A stretch of DNA of 64,000 nucleotides, from NCBI GenBank assembly GCA_001600695.1, contig BCKQ01000002.1, positions 1,561,340-1,625,339 on the forward strand, written 5' to 3'. Below, piece after piece: positions 21,585-32,900 of the stretch (its first letter is position 1; every line of letters starts with the position of its first letter). The position numbers and the translations under genes were made by a program. Source of the stretch: Ascoidea asiatica JCM 7603 (Eukaryota > Fungi > Ascomycota). Under the pieces are notes generated by a model. It saw only the letters and a list, made by a program, of their open reading frames with translations. It ran no database searches and was not told the origin of the DNA.

Positions 21585-24134
21585 TTACAGTAAAAAACCA
21601 TATTCTATTTGTGGATTTAAATTATTTATTAATTCATTACCTCTTTTTATTAACCAAGGATCAATTCTTAAATTTTGAAATTCCAAATCACTATAATTTT
21701 CTTGAGGTATTTCATTCTTCCTTAAGATTTCATCAATTTGTTTATAATGAAAATCAGTATAATCTTTAGTCTGTTCAAATAAAATTTTAGTTTTTATAGA
21801 TTTTTTCAAACAGTCTGAATCAGAAAGTTTTTTATTACATTCAGATAATGGAACCCAAAGTCTTAAAGTTTTTCTATAAATATGACCCCAATATTTATAT
21901 TTATATAAAGAACTTTTATATTCTCTTAGTAAAATATTTTTAGTATTTGAAGGTATATAAGCTCTTACACCTTCAAAATAAACAGGTTTTAGGGGACTAA
22001 TATCATCTAAAGTATAAAAATGATTATCACGACAATTATATAAATTATCATCATTATAAAGATTAGTATTCAAAATTTTCAAATCAATTTCATATTTTTC
22101 TTTATTTATAGTTGATTGAATAATATTTGTAAGATATTGAGGATCAAGTAATTGTTTCAATTCTTTTAATTTTTTATTATTTTTCTTTTTATTTTCTGAA
22201 TTTATAAATTCTATACCACTTGGAGATTTTGCAATTGCAGTTATATCAACATATAAACCAGTTTCAGTATCAATGAATCTTGCATCAATAGCATTTTTAC
22301 CATTACCTTTTGTTCTTGAAATAAAACTACTACCAATATCAACAAAATAAGTACCTAAAGCAATTGAAGGATCTAAATTTGAATTTGAATAATCTACAAC
22401 TAAAGTTTGATTATAATTTCTAGCTAAAGTTATTAATGAAGACATTGTAACTTGAACATCTAAATCTCTATCCCAAGGCATATTCATACCATTCCAATAA
22501 TAACCTAAAAGTGAACCATGCATTAACCAAGTTTTTATACCAATTGAATTTGAGAATCTTAACCAAGATCTTGTTAATCTTTCTAAAATTGCATCATGTT
22601 GTTCAGGAGGAATATAAATATTTTTAAAAAATCTCCAATCATAATGAGCACCAGCCGCTTTATCTTTTATACCAGCTTCATGAAAATATTTTGGAAAATC
22701 AGGTTGAATTTTTAAACTATTTTCAATAACAATTGCTAAATTTTCATCTAAGATATTTCTATTCTCATTTTCATTTTCTTTTTCAATGTTATTATTTGAA
22801 TTTAAATTCAATTGTAATTTTAAATTTTTTAAATAATCAATTGGATTAAATAAAAAATCGGATTTATTTAAAATTAAATCATTTTTATTTTTGAAATTAT
22901 TATGAATTAAATGAATTTTATCATTATTTTGATTTTGAATATTAAAATTGGATTTAATAAAATCATCATCAGAATTAAAATAATTTGAAAAATTAATTAA
23001 TTCATTTGAAATATTTAAACCATTGGAAACTAATTGGTGCCATTTTATATTTTGATTATTATTGTTATTATTGTTATTATTTATAGTATTATTAATATAA
23101 ATATTTGAAAAATTTATTAAATTTTTTTTATGATTTTTTTGATAAAAAGTTGGAATAATTAGAGAATATTTATTATGAATTGAATTTAAGAAAAACAATC
23201 TTTTTGGTAAGAAGTTATTTGTATATTTTAAATAAGAAGCAGCAAATATTGATCTTGCTTCTTTGGGTAATTTTGGATCAAAGAATTTTTGAATCTTGAA
23301 AGGAAAATCATGTTCATCAAAATTATCATTATCATTTTCTTTATCTTCATTTTCAACTTCATTAGAACTTGAATTTTTTGAAAGATCAATACATGGAAAT
23401 ATTTGATTATTTGGATTTCTTTTTGAATCATTAATAATTCCATCAAGCTTGAAAGTATCTTTAAAAGATTGACAAGAATCTATTAAATTATTTTTTTTTA
23501 GAAATGGATAATTGAAGAACTTTAATATTGAAAAATAATCTTTTTTTTTATATGGATATAATTTTAAGTCTAAATTTAACCAATTATTCCAATTGAATGG
23601 AATTTTAAAATCTGGATTTATTGATAAATCCATTATATCATTGTTATTAGCGTGTTTGTTGTTGTTGTTGTTATTGGAATTAGAATTTAAAAAGTTGAAT
23701 TTGAAATAGTTTAAAGAAAGTATTGGAAATAATCTTGGATCAAAATTTGAATGTAATTTTAATTTATTTGATAGATTATTATTATTTTTTGAATTTGAAT
23801 TATAAAAATTCAATAAAGATAATTTTTCGTTGTTATTTGGAAAATTATCATTTATAATTTCTAAAGGAAAATAAATTTTATTTAATTCATTGACCAACTC
23901 ATTATTATTATCATAATTGTTATTATTATTATTGTTATTATTAGTTTTAAAAGAATTATGAAATATTATATATGGATCAATAAATTGAATAAAAGAATAT
24001 TTGAAATGATTAATAAATAATGGAAAATAAATTATTGAAAATAATATCAATAAAAAAATTATATATATAAATCTTCTTTTTTTAAAAATTGAACCAGCAA
24101 TTGATTTTAAAAGATGTTTATATTTCATTAGCAT
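21585..24134 (-). CDS. MNN4: Mnn4/Mnn14-family LicD mannosylphosphorylation protein
   Basis: Type II N-terminal TM; KYFHEA, HYDWRFF, WLMHGSLLGYYWNG, PWDRDLDVQ, NAIDARFIDTETGLYVDIT. Family is clear, exact paralogue is not. Confidence 0.8.
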   Translation of the reverse strand: MLMKYKHLLKSIAGSIFKKRRFIYIIFLLILFSIIYFPLFINHFKYSFIQFIDPYIIFHNSFKTNNNNNNNNNYDNNNELVNELNKIYFPLEIINDNFPNNNEKLSLLNFYNSNSKNNNNLSNKLKLHSNFDPRLFPILSLNYFKFNFLNSNSNNNNNNKHANNNDIMDLSINPDFKIPFNWNNWLNLDLKLYPYKKKDYFSILKFFNYPFLKKNNLIDSCQSFKDTFKLDGIINDSKRNPNNQIFPCIDLSKNSSSNEVENEDKENDNDNFDEHDFPFKIQKFFDPKLPKEARSIFAASYLKYTNNFLPKRLFFLNSIHNKYSLIIPTFYQKNHKKNLINFSNIYINNTINNNNNNNNNQNIKWHQLVSNGLNISNELINFSNYFNSDDDFIKSNFNIQNQNNDKIHLIHNNFKNKNDLILNKSDFLFNPIDYLKNLKLQLNLNSNNNIEKENENENRNILDENLAIVIENSLKIQPDFPKYFHEAGIKDKAAGAHYDWRFFKNIYIPPEQHDAILERLTRSWLRFSNSIGIKTWLMHGSLLGYYWNGMNMPWDRDLDVQVTMSSLITLARNYNQTLVVDYSNSNLDPSIALGTYFVDIGSSFISRTKGNGKNAIDARFIDTETGLYVDITAIAKSPSGIEFINSENKKKNNKKLKELKQLLDPQYLTNIIQSTINKEKYEIDLKILNTNLYNDDNLYNCRDNHFYTLDDISPLKPVYFEGVRAYIPSNTKNILLREYKSSLYKYKYWGHIYRKTLRLWVPLSECNKKLSDSDCLKKSIKTKILFEQTKDYTDFHYKQIDEILRKNEIPQENYSDLEFQNLRIDPWLIKRGNELINNLNPQIEYGFLL

Positions 24135-24429
24135 TTTTTTCTTTAAGTGATTAAAGTAAGAGGTACTTTGTAATGAAATGAGAAATGAGAATTAAATAAT
24201 AATAGAAAAACGAATGAAATAAGAAATGAAATGAAGGATGTAACAAATATATATTTGATATATTTGGTTATTAGAGATGGATTGATTATATTTGAAGGAT
24301 GTATTTCATTCTGATAAGATAAAAATGATATTTGTTTCTTTTAAAAGTCTCACACATTTCAGATTCACAAATTCTGAAAAAGGTTTAAAATTGTTTAAAA
24401 AGCTTTAAATTTATTTAAAAAGCTCTAAA

Positions 24430-24965
24430 ATACCTTTGAAATGGTCAGAAAAGGGCTGAAAACGTCTGGAGATCTGGAGCTTTGGCATGGCCGGAAAAGG
24501 CAATTCCGGGCAAGAGACCAACGCAGGGATCTCGGGATAAGCCACGCCGCGGCGCAGGAACATTCCACAGGCAGCAGAAAGCGGCAGTAGGTGGTGCAAG
24601 TCTGCAAAGCTTGTTTTTGAACGAGATATAAAAGAGGATTGCACTAAAAAGGACAAAAAAGTCATGTGTCATTTTAATGTACTATTATGTATAATTATGC
24701 ACTAGTATGTAAATTACTATAAGAGCCCTGGATAGTATTTTATAAAGCCCTTTTCGCCATATTTGTGGGATTTATTTATACCTAACACCGGTCTTCTGGG
24801 TGACGGCGGGCGGTTTTGGGTGGATATGCGGGCCAGGTGAAGGAAAAGTGAGTACGGCCGCGCTGCGTTTGGAACACTCACTGCTTGGCGAGCTTTTGCA
24901 GTGGTTTCTTCAGCGCTGAACTGCGCAAAACACTTTTAGTTAAAGCGCTGCACACAGCGTCCTAA
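24430..24965. promoter_or_regulatory. GC-rich island in divergent MNN4/ERV46 promoter
   Basis: Two GC-rich blocks separated by TATA-like AT tracts; approximate limits. Confidence 0.5.
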
Positions 24966-25449
24966 ATGTCTTTAGTATTGATATATTATTGTTAGTATTA
25001 GCATTAATTTTATAATTAGTATTGCACTACCGGATACGTAATGAAATTAAAATTAATTTATTATGGAATCAGCTTTTCAGTTTTTTTAATACAATACAAT
25101 AATGCAATAGAAGTATATCAATCAGGTTTGAAAAATATTGTTAGTTTATTCTATTTATTATTTATCATTACAATCAATTTCAATTTTTCATAACAATATT
25201 CACTATTCTAAATCAAATTAACCACAGTACTTTAGATTTATTTCAAATAATTTAGGTATCTATTTATTTATCTGGTTAAGTCGAAATAAGATATTTCATA
25301 AATTTTCATTCTTTATTCCATTTTTCAATTTCATTTCATTTCGATTCGATTCGTTTTTAAAATTTTTGTTTCATTTTTTTTTGTTTTATATTTATTCAAT
25401 ATAATTAACTTATAATAAAATAATTAAAAAATAATCAATTAAATATAAT

Positions 25450-26748
25450 ATGGGAAAACCAAGAATTGTAAGTTTTGATGCATTTGCAAAAACTGTTGAA
25501 GATGCTAGAATTAAAACTGCATCTGGAGGAATTGTAACTTTAATTTGTATTTTTTTAGTTATATTTTTAATTATTAATGAATGGTTAGAATTTAGATCAA
25601 TAATTATAAGACCAGAATTAGTTGTTGATAGAGATAGAGCAAAAAGATTAAATATTAATGTTGATATAAGTTTTCCAAATTTACCTTGTGATTCATTAAC
25701 TTTAGATATTATGGATGTTTCTGGTGAATTACAATTAGATTTAGCTCAATATGGTTTTAAAAAAATTAGATTAGATAATAATGGTGTAATTATTTCTGAA
25801 GAAGATTTAGAAATTCGTTCTGAAAATTCATATGATAATGATAATGGTTATGAAGATGAAAGTCATGACAGTAATGAAAATAATGATATTGATAATAAAA
25901 AGGGTGAAATAATTGAAAATTATTGTGGTCCATGTTATGGAGCTATTGATCAATCAAAAAATAATGAATTATCTCCAAAAAAAAGAATCTGTTGTCAAAC
26001 TTGTGAAGATGTTAGACAAGCTTATGCTGAAAAAGGTTGGGCATTTTTTGATGGTAAAGATGTTGAACAATGTGAAAGAGAAGGTTATGTATCAAGAATT
26101 AATTCAAGATTAAATGAAGGTTGTAGAATTAAAGGTACTGCAAATATTAATAGAATTGCAGGTAATTTACATTTTGCACCAGGTGCTTCACATTCTGCTC
26201 CAATGAAACATATTCATGATTTATCTTTATTCGATAGAAATGAAAAATTTTCTTTTAATCATATTATAAATCATTTTTCATTTGGTGCAGATCCAAAATA
26301 TTCATTATCTGCAAAAAATATTAAAAATTTAGATGTTATAAATAAAATTGCTTCTGCACCTTTAGATGGCTTTAAATCTTTAAAAAATGAAAAATATCAT
26401 TTATTTTCTCATTATTTAAAAGTTGTATCAACAAGATATGAATTTTTAAATGGTACAATTTTAGATACAAATCAATTTTCTTCAACTTTCCATGATAGAC
26501 CTTTAATTGGTGGTAAAGATGAAGATCATCCACATACTTTACATGCAAGAGGTGGTATTCCTGGTTTATTTTTTCATTTTGATATTAGTCCATTGAAAAT
26601 TATCAATAGAGAACAATATGCCAAATCATTTGGTTCATTTTTATTAAGTGTTTGTTCTGCAGTTGGTGGAGTTTTAACTCTTGGTGCAGTTATTGATAGA
26701 ACTGTGTGGGAAGCTGATAAAGTTTTAAGAAGAAAAAAAGACACTTAA
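25450..26748 (+). CDS. ERV46: ER-Golgi cycling protein Erv46 (ERGIC3 family)
   Basis: FDAFAKTVEDARIKTASGG, YCGPCYGA, CCQTCEDVR, EGCRI, GNLHFAPG, GGIPGLFF; two TMs; C-terminal KKxx. Confidence 0.95.
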   Translation: MGKPRIVSFDAFAKTVEDARIKTASGGIVTLICIFLVIFLIINEWLEFRSIIIRPELVVDRDRAKRLNINVDISFPNLPCDSLTLDIMDVSGELQLDLAQYGFKKIRLDNNGVIISEEDLEIRSENSYDNDNGYEDESHDSNENNDIDNKKGEIIENYCGPCYGAIDQSKNNELSPKKRICCQTCEDVRQAYAEKGWAFFDGKDVEQCEREGYVSRINSRLNEGCRIKGTANINRIAGNLHFAPGASHSAPMKHIHDLSLFDRNEKFSFNHIINHFSFGADPKYSLSAKNIKNLDVINKIASAPLDGFKSLKNEKYHLFSHYLKVVSTRYEFLNGTILDTNQFSSTFHDRPLIGGKDEDHPHTLHARGGIPGLFFHFDISPLKIINREQYAKSFGSFLLSVCSAVGGVLTLGAVIDRTVWEADKVLRRKKDT

Positions 26749-26929
26749 TCGCTCATTAACAACTATTAACCAATAAGTAATAAGTAATTCAAACAAATCA
26801 AACAATTAAACAATTCAAATTTGCTTGAATATATATATATATATAGATATTCTCTTTGATATATATTTTTTATATTTTATAAATATTTCCTCATAAAAGT
26901 AACTCACTCACCTTTAAACAATCAACCCC

Positions 26930-27110
26930 AATAAACCTCAACGCAATACCAACGCAATACCACTACCACAAAACGCGCGCTACACCACGCCAGACTCCGT
27001 GCAGAACCACCCCTGCGGTTCATCCTGGCTCTGAAACTTGCGTGCCCAGTGCGGCGAATGCAACACTCGTTCTCTCTCCAGCGATTTCCAATCTTCACCA
27101 TTATCACACA
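26930..27110. promoter_or_regulatory. GC-rich island upstream of MKK1/2
   Basis: GC-rich block ~580 bp before the ATG; approximate limits. Confidence 0.45.
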
Positions 27111-27688
27111 ACCATTCAATCGTTCAACCAAAACCACTTTTTATCAGTCAAATAATGTCAATCAAAAAGTATATCAAAGATCAATAATAATCTATCCATA
27201 AAAATATAATCTATCAACTATCAATTAATAAACAAATGATTATATCAAAAAATCTATTGATCAATCAATTATTTATCATCAATTTTTTATAATTTAAAAG
27301 CTCAGGCTATAGCCAGTGAATTTATTAATACCTTAAAAGATATTCAATCAATTTTATCATTTTACAAATCTTTAATATCCTTAATGATATAAATCACAAT
27401 CAATTTCAATAAAAAATTATCAATTTTAATTATAAATTCAATTTCAAATTCAAATTCTTATTCATACTTAAATTCAAATTCAAATTCAAATTCAATCGTT
27501 TAATTCTTTTTTTCTTGTTAATATTTCTTATTTCATCTTCAAAATTATTTTGAATCATTTAATTTATCAAAACTTAGCTTATTCATCAATTATTTCTTAA
27601 TTATTCTATCACATTTTTTTTTTCAGTTTTTTTTATTATTTTTATCATTTTTATCAATATTGACATTTAATTAATATCAATTTAAATT

Positions 27689-29521
27689 ATGTCAAATCAA
27701 AATCCTTTTTTACGTCCTTTTCAAAATGGTGCTGTTTCTCCTCATTCAAAATTATTAAAATCTCCAAGATTAAAATTAGATACAAGTTTTTCCCATTTTC
27801 AACAACAGTCTGCTCCTCCACCTCCTTTAAATTTAAATTTAAATACTACTTCTATAGATCCAATTCAGACTACTACTAATAATAACAACAATAATAATAG
27901 TAATAACAATAACCAGAATCATATCATAATTCAAAGTCAAAGTAAAATACAAATACAAAGTCAAAGTCAAAATCAAGGTCAAATACAAACTCAAACTCAA
28001 ATGCAAAACATAAATCAAAATTCAAATCAATATCAATATCAATATCAAAATTTAAATATAAATGTAAATTCCAATCAAAACCAAAATCAAAATCATTTAA
28101 CTTCAATTTCAACTACTTTTTCAAATGCAAATATTTTATCTGCTTCAACTGCGACTCCAACAATAAAAAGCATAAGTACTTCAAGTTATGATGATTATGA
28201 AAGTAATTCTTCTTCTGCTTATCCTCCTTCAATACTCTCAAATTCTTTTTCTCATTCTCATTCTCATTCTCCAACTCCTTCAACTTCTGCAAGTGAAAAT
28301 AGTTTATATATAGATTCTAATTTTGATAATAATAGTAATAACAAAAAGATAATAAAAATTAATGATACCATGAATAATATAAACGATACAAATAATAATA
28401 ATAATAATATAAGTAATAATATAAATAATAATATAAGTAATAGTATAAATAATAATATAAATTTAAATATAAATATAAATAACAATATAAATAATAATAA
28501 TAACAATAATGTACTTCTGTCTCTTTCTAAAAAAACTTTAGATGATTTATCTGAAAAAGATTGGGAATTCATAGCAAAAAATAATCAAATTGTTGAATTA
28601 AATATTCTTGGTGAAGGTGCTGGCGGTAGTGTATCAAAATGTAAATTAAAAAATAATATTCATAATTCTTTATTTGCTTTAAAAACAATTGCTGCAAATC
28701 CAAAAAAAGAAGTTCAAACTCAAATTTTAAGAGAATTACAATTTAATAGATCTTGTAAATCTTCAAGTATTGTAAAATATTATGGTACTTTTATGAATGA
28801 ATATGATGGTGTAATTTGTATTTCAATGGAATATATGGGTGGTAAATCTTTAGAAGCAATTTATAAAAAAGTTAAAAGTAAACATGGTAGAATTGGTGAA
28901 AAAATTTTAGGTAAAATTGCTGAAAGTGTTTTAAAAGGTTTATCTTATTTACATGAACATAAAATTATTCATAGAGATATTAAACCTCAAAATATACTTT
29001 TAAATGAATTTGGTGAAATAAAATTATGTGATTTTGGTGTTTCTGGTGTAGTGGTAAATTCTTTAGCTTCAACATTTACTGGAACTTCTTATTATATGGC
29101 TCCAGAAAGAATTCAAGGTCAATCTTATACTGTTACAAGTGATGTTTGGTCTCTTGGTTTAACTTTATTAGAAGTTGCAAAAGGTAGATTTCCTTATTTT
29201 GATAATTCAACAAATAATAATATTAATAATAATATTACCAATAATAATTACGACGAAGATCTTGATGAAAGGACTTCAACAACACCAATGGCTGCAATTG
29301 AATTATTATGTGCAATTTTAGAATTTACACCTGAACTTAAAGACGAACCTGAAAAAGGAATCTTTTGGACAAAAGGTTTTAGATCATTCATTGAATATTG
29401 TTTAGAAAGAGATCCAAAAAAAAGAGCAAGCCCTAGACAAATGCTTAAACATCCTTGGATGATTGGTCAAATGAAAGTTAAAGTAAATATGAAAAAATTT
29501 GTATTTCAGTGTTGGAAATGA
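27689..29521 (+). CDS. MKK1: MAP kinase kinase, cell-wall-integrity pathway (Mkk1/Mkk2)
   Basis: LGEGAGGSVSKC, QILRELQFN, HRDIKPQN, DFGVSG, VNSLASTFTGTSYYMAPERIQG; long N/Q-rich N-terminus. Confidence 0.92.
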   Translation: MSNQNPFLRPFQNGAVSPHSKLLKSPRLKLDTSFSHFQQQSAPPPPLNLNLNTTSIDPIQTTTNNNNNNNSNNNNQNHIIIQSQSKIQIQSQSQNQGQIQTQTQMQNINQNSNQYQYQYQNLNINVNSNQNQNQNHLTSISTTFSNANILSASTATPTIKSISTSSYDDYESNSSSAYPPSILSNSFSHSHSHSPTPSTSASENSLYIDSNFDNNSNNKKIIKINDTMNNINDTNNNNNNISNNINNNISNSINNNINLNININNNINNNNNNNVLLSLSKKTLDDLSEKDWEFIAKNNQIVELNILGEGAGGSVSKCKLKNNIHNSLFALKTIAANPKKEVQTQILRELQFNRSCKSSSIVKYYGTFMNEYDGVICISMEYMGGKSLEAIYKKVKSKHGRIGEKILGKIAESVLKGLSYLHEHKIIHRDIKPQNILLNEFGEIKLCDFGVSGVVVNSLASTFTGTSYYMAPERIQGQSYTVTSDVWSLGLTLLEVAKGRFPYFDNSTNNNINNNITNNNYDEDLDERTSTTPMAAIELLCAILEFTPELKDEPEKGIFWTKGFRSFIEYCLERDPKKRASPRQMLKHPWMIGQMKVKVNMKKFVFQCWK

Positions 29522-29909
29522 ATAAAGATTATCTTTTATGATCAATTATATATATTTTAATTACAATGCTGTATTATCGGTAAAGGATTAAATTGTATAC
29601 AATATATGATTATGTATGAGTATAATAAAATTAATTTATAAACAAAAAATAAATTCCTAAAACCAGAGTCATATCAATTTAGCCGAAGTATTTATGAATC
29701 ACTAATGTTTGGAAAAAAATAATTAAAGATGGAAAAAAAAAATATAAAAATGAAAAAAATAAGTACAAAATCAAAATCAAACCTTAAGATTTTAAGAACC
29801 TAGGTTTCAAAGTTATATAAAAACAAAACTATAACACAAAGAAAGATCTATTAACACACATATTTTGACAAATTCTAATTATTAAATAATAAAATATATA
29901 GAAATATAT

Positions 29910-32900
29910 CTAATTCGGCAAACGCTTACTAATACCAAATAAATATCTAAGTTCATCTCTTCCAAGTTTCGAAATATTCTTCATTCCTGTCTCATTTAGT
30001 GCAACATTCACCATTGCTTTTTTCTTTTCTTGCAATTTTATAATTCTATCTTCAACTGAATTTTTAACAAGAATCTGATGAACAAATACTTTTTTCAATT
30101 GACCAATTCTATGAACTCTATCCATAGCTTGTTCTTCAACATATGGATTCCAAAAAGGATCCATAATTATAACATGAGAAGCACATGTTAACGTTAATCC
30201 AACATTACCTGCCTTTAAAGAAATTAGCATTACTTTCTTGGAATCATCACTATAGAATTGACGTACAACATCATCACGAGCTGTCATTGTCATTGAACCA
30301 TCATAACGCAAATAATCTATGTCATTTTCTTTTAAAAGTTTTGATATGATATCAAAAAATAAAGTAAATTGAGAAAATACTAAAACTTTGTCATCAGGAT
30401 CTTTTTTATTGACTTGTTGAATAATTTCAATACATTTTTGCATTTTTGCTGATTCAACTATTTGTCCTTCTCTTTCTTTCATCACTTCTCTAAATATGGA
30501 AATATTAGGTTTAGAATTTAATTTAGAATATCGTTCAAATAGTTCACTTGTTTCTTCAGCATTTTTCAGCGGACTTGGTTCTCTAAGTGTCTGAGTAGTT
30601 GCTGAAGAATTTATACTTGAGTTTTTCTCAAATGCCATAAAATTAAAACAGTCAATACGCTTACATCTAACTTTACAATCTGCACATTTGGCAATTATTG
30701 AGTTAGATGAATCATCTTCTATACGATTTTGAGAAAAATAATCATCGCAACAATCCCTACACATAGGATGACCACAGGGGAATAGAAATAAAGCTTCGGA
30801 AGGAGTGATGGGATTAAAACACGAAGGACAAGTCAATCCTTCATTATTGATCATTTCATTTATTTGCTTAACAACAGCAGGGGCCAATCTCTTAACAACT
30901 CTTGCCATATTTCTAACAATAAAAGCCTCACTTTCATCCAAAGCTCGGAAATCTATGTCTCGATCGTTATCAAGCAAAAGCTGCTCATTTCTCTGAGCTG
31001 TCAATCTGTCTCCAACTTCAACTAAAATTTCATGACAACAAGCTTGACGTAACCTCAATAATAATGTTAAAATACTACTATAACCTCCTGCATTTTTATT
31101 AAGAATTTTTTCTGCATCTTTGGCAGAAGATTGAGAAATATCTTCGTAAAACTGTAGTTCTTCACCTTCCATATCAATAGAATCTTTAACAATAACTTTT
31201 GCGGGTAATTGAAGAATTGGTTGACCATCAATCTTGGAAGTCTTCGTTCTTCTTAATAAAATAGCTTTTAGTAACGCTTGTAAACGATGAACTGCTGCAT
31301 CTCTTGATGATTGATCATCTTCATAAGAGAATCCTTTTTCAGTTTTCTTTAAAGGTAAGACAATCTTTGATCTAAAAACGGATTCTTCACAATAAGGTTT
31401 AATTTTTAAAAATCTAATTGGAGAATATAGCTCATCAATATTATTTTGCATTGGAGTACCAGTAAGACACCATCTATACTTACTTTGTAACACAGCACAT
31501 GATTTTGAAGATTGAGTTAATTTATTTTTTATAAGATGTGCTTCATCTAAAATAATTCTATAAAATATTGCATCTCTTGTAAAAAATGGAGATCTATAAT
31601 ATTCACCACCTGTACCTGGAGTTGGAATTAAATTGGCAGTTTTTTTGGTTTTTGATTGAGATAAAACTTTTGCAAAATGCTTTTTAAATTCAGAAGCTAA
31701 AGTTCCATAACTTGTTAAAATTATATCATATCTTTTCATTTGTCTAAAATTTGTTAATTTATCACTTGAATGATAAAGAAAAAGTTTTAATTTATTTGGA
31801 TTTTTAGTCTTCATTGTAAATTCTGCTTCCCATTGTTTCAATAAAGCAACTGGTCCAACAATTAAATTTGTTTTACAAGCTTTATCAGTTGAAATATTAT
31901 TAAATACTAAAGCCATTATTTGAATTGTCTTTCCTAAACCCATATCATCAGCTAAAATTCCGCCTTTATTTGAAGATTCTTTTTCCATTCGAGTAAGCCA
32001 AGATAAACCTAATCTTTGATGTTTTAGTAAAGTTATATTTAATTGCTCAGGGGTTTCAGTACCTAAATCAAGAGAGTTTTCATCATCATCATCTTGCCGT
32101 ATATTATCGATTAATTTTTGAATATCATCATCTTCAATATCAGACTCTCTAGTAAAATTATATTTATTATTCAAATAATCTGTTGTAACGGGTGGGGCTG
32201 ACAGAACTTGATTATTTATTAAAGTATTATTAAGACCGTTATTATTATTCATACTTTGTAGAGAATCTAATTCTTTGTTTAAAACAGTAAATTTATCTGA
32301 TAGAGCAAGTTTTTCTTTTTGAAATCTTTCAATCAAACTTAAAAGTTGAGCATTTCTAGTTTTTAGAGAGGCTAAATCATTTTCACTAGCTTTGATTTTA
32401 GTTTTACATTCAGTTAATTGAGAAGAAATTGTCTTAACTTTTGAATTTAAATTATTAATTTCAGTTAGTAATAATGAATTATTTGCAGGATTGAATAAAT
32501 ATTTTGAATTTAAGGCATTAACTTGATTTTTATTTTGTACTAAATTATTTTCAATTGAAATTTTTTGATTTTTTAAAGTTAAAAGTTTTAGATTAAATGA
32601 ATTAAATTTTACTTTATTTTCATTCCAATTTTTAAGATATTGATTTAATAAAGTTAAAGATTGAGAAATTTTTTGTCTAGTTTCAAAAATACGAGAATTT
32701 AAATTTTGTTGGTATATTTTTCTTTGATTAATTTTTTGTAATTCTTTCAGTTTTTGAGAAGCAGAATATGAAGGAGGATTTGGTTGAATATAATTACCAT
32801 TGAAGTTTATATTATTTAAATTTAAAAGATTTGAAGTTAGATTATTTAAAGATGGGTTTGTTTCGCCTTTCCAACCAGTAATAATTAAATCTTCATCACT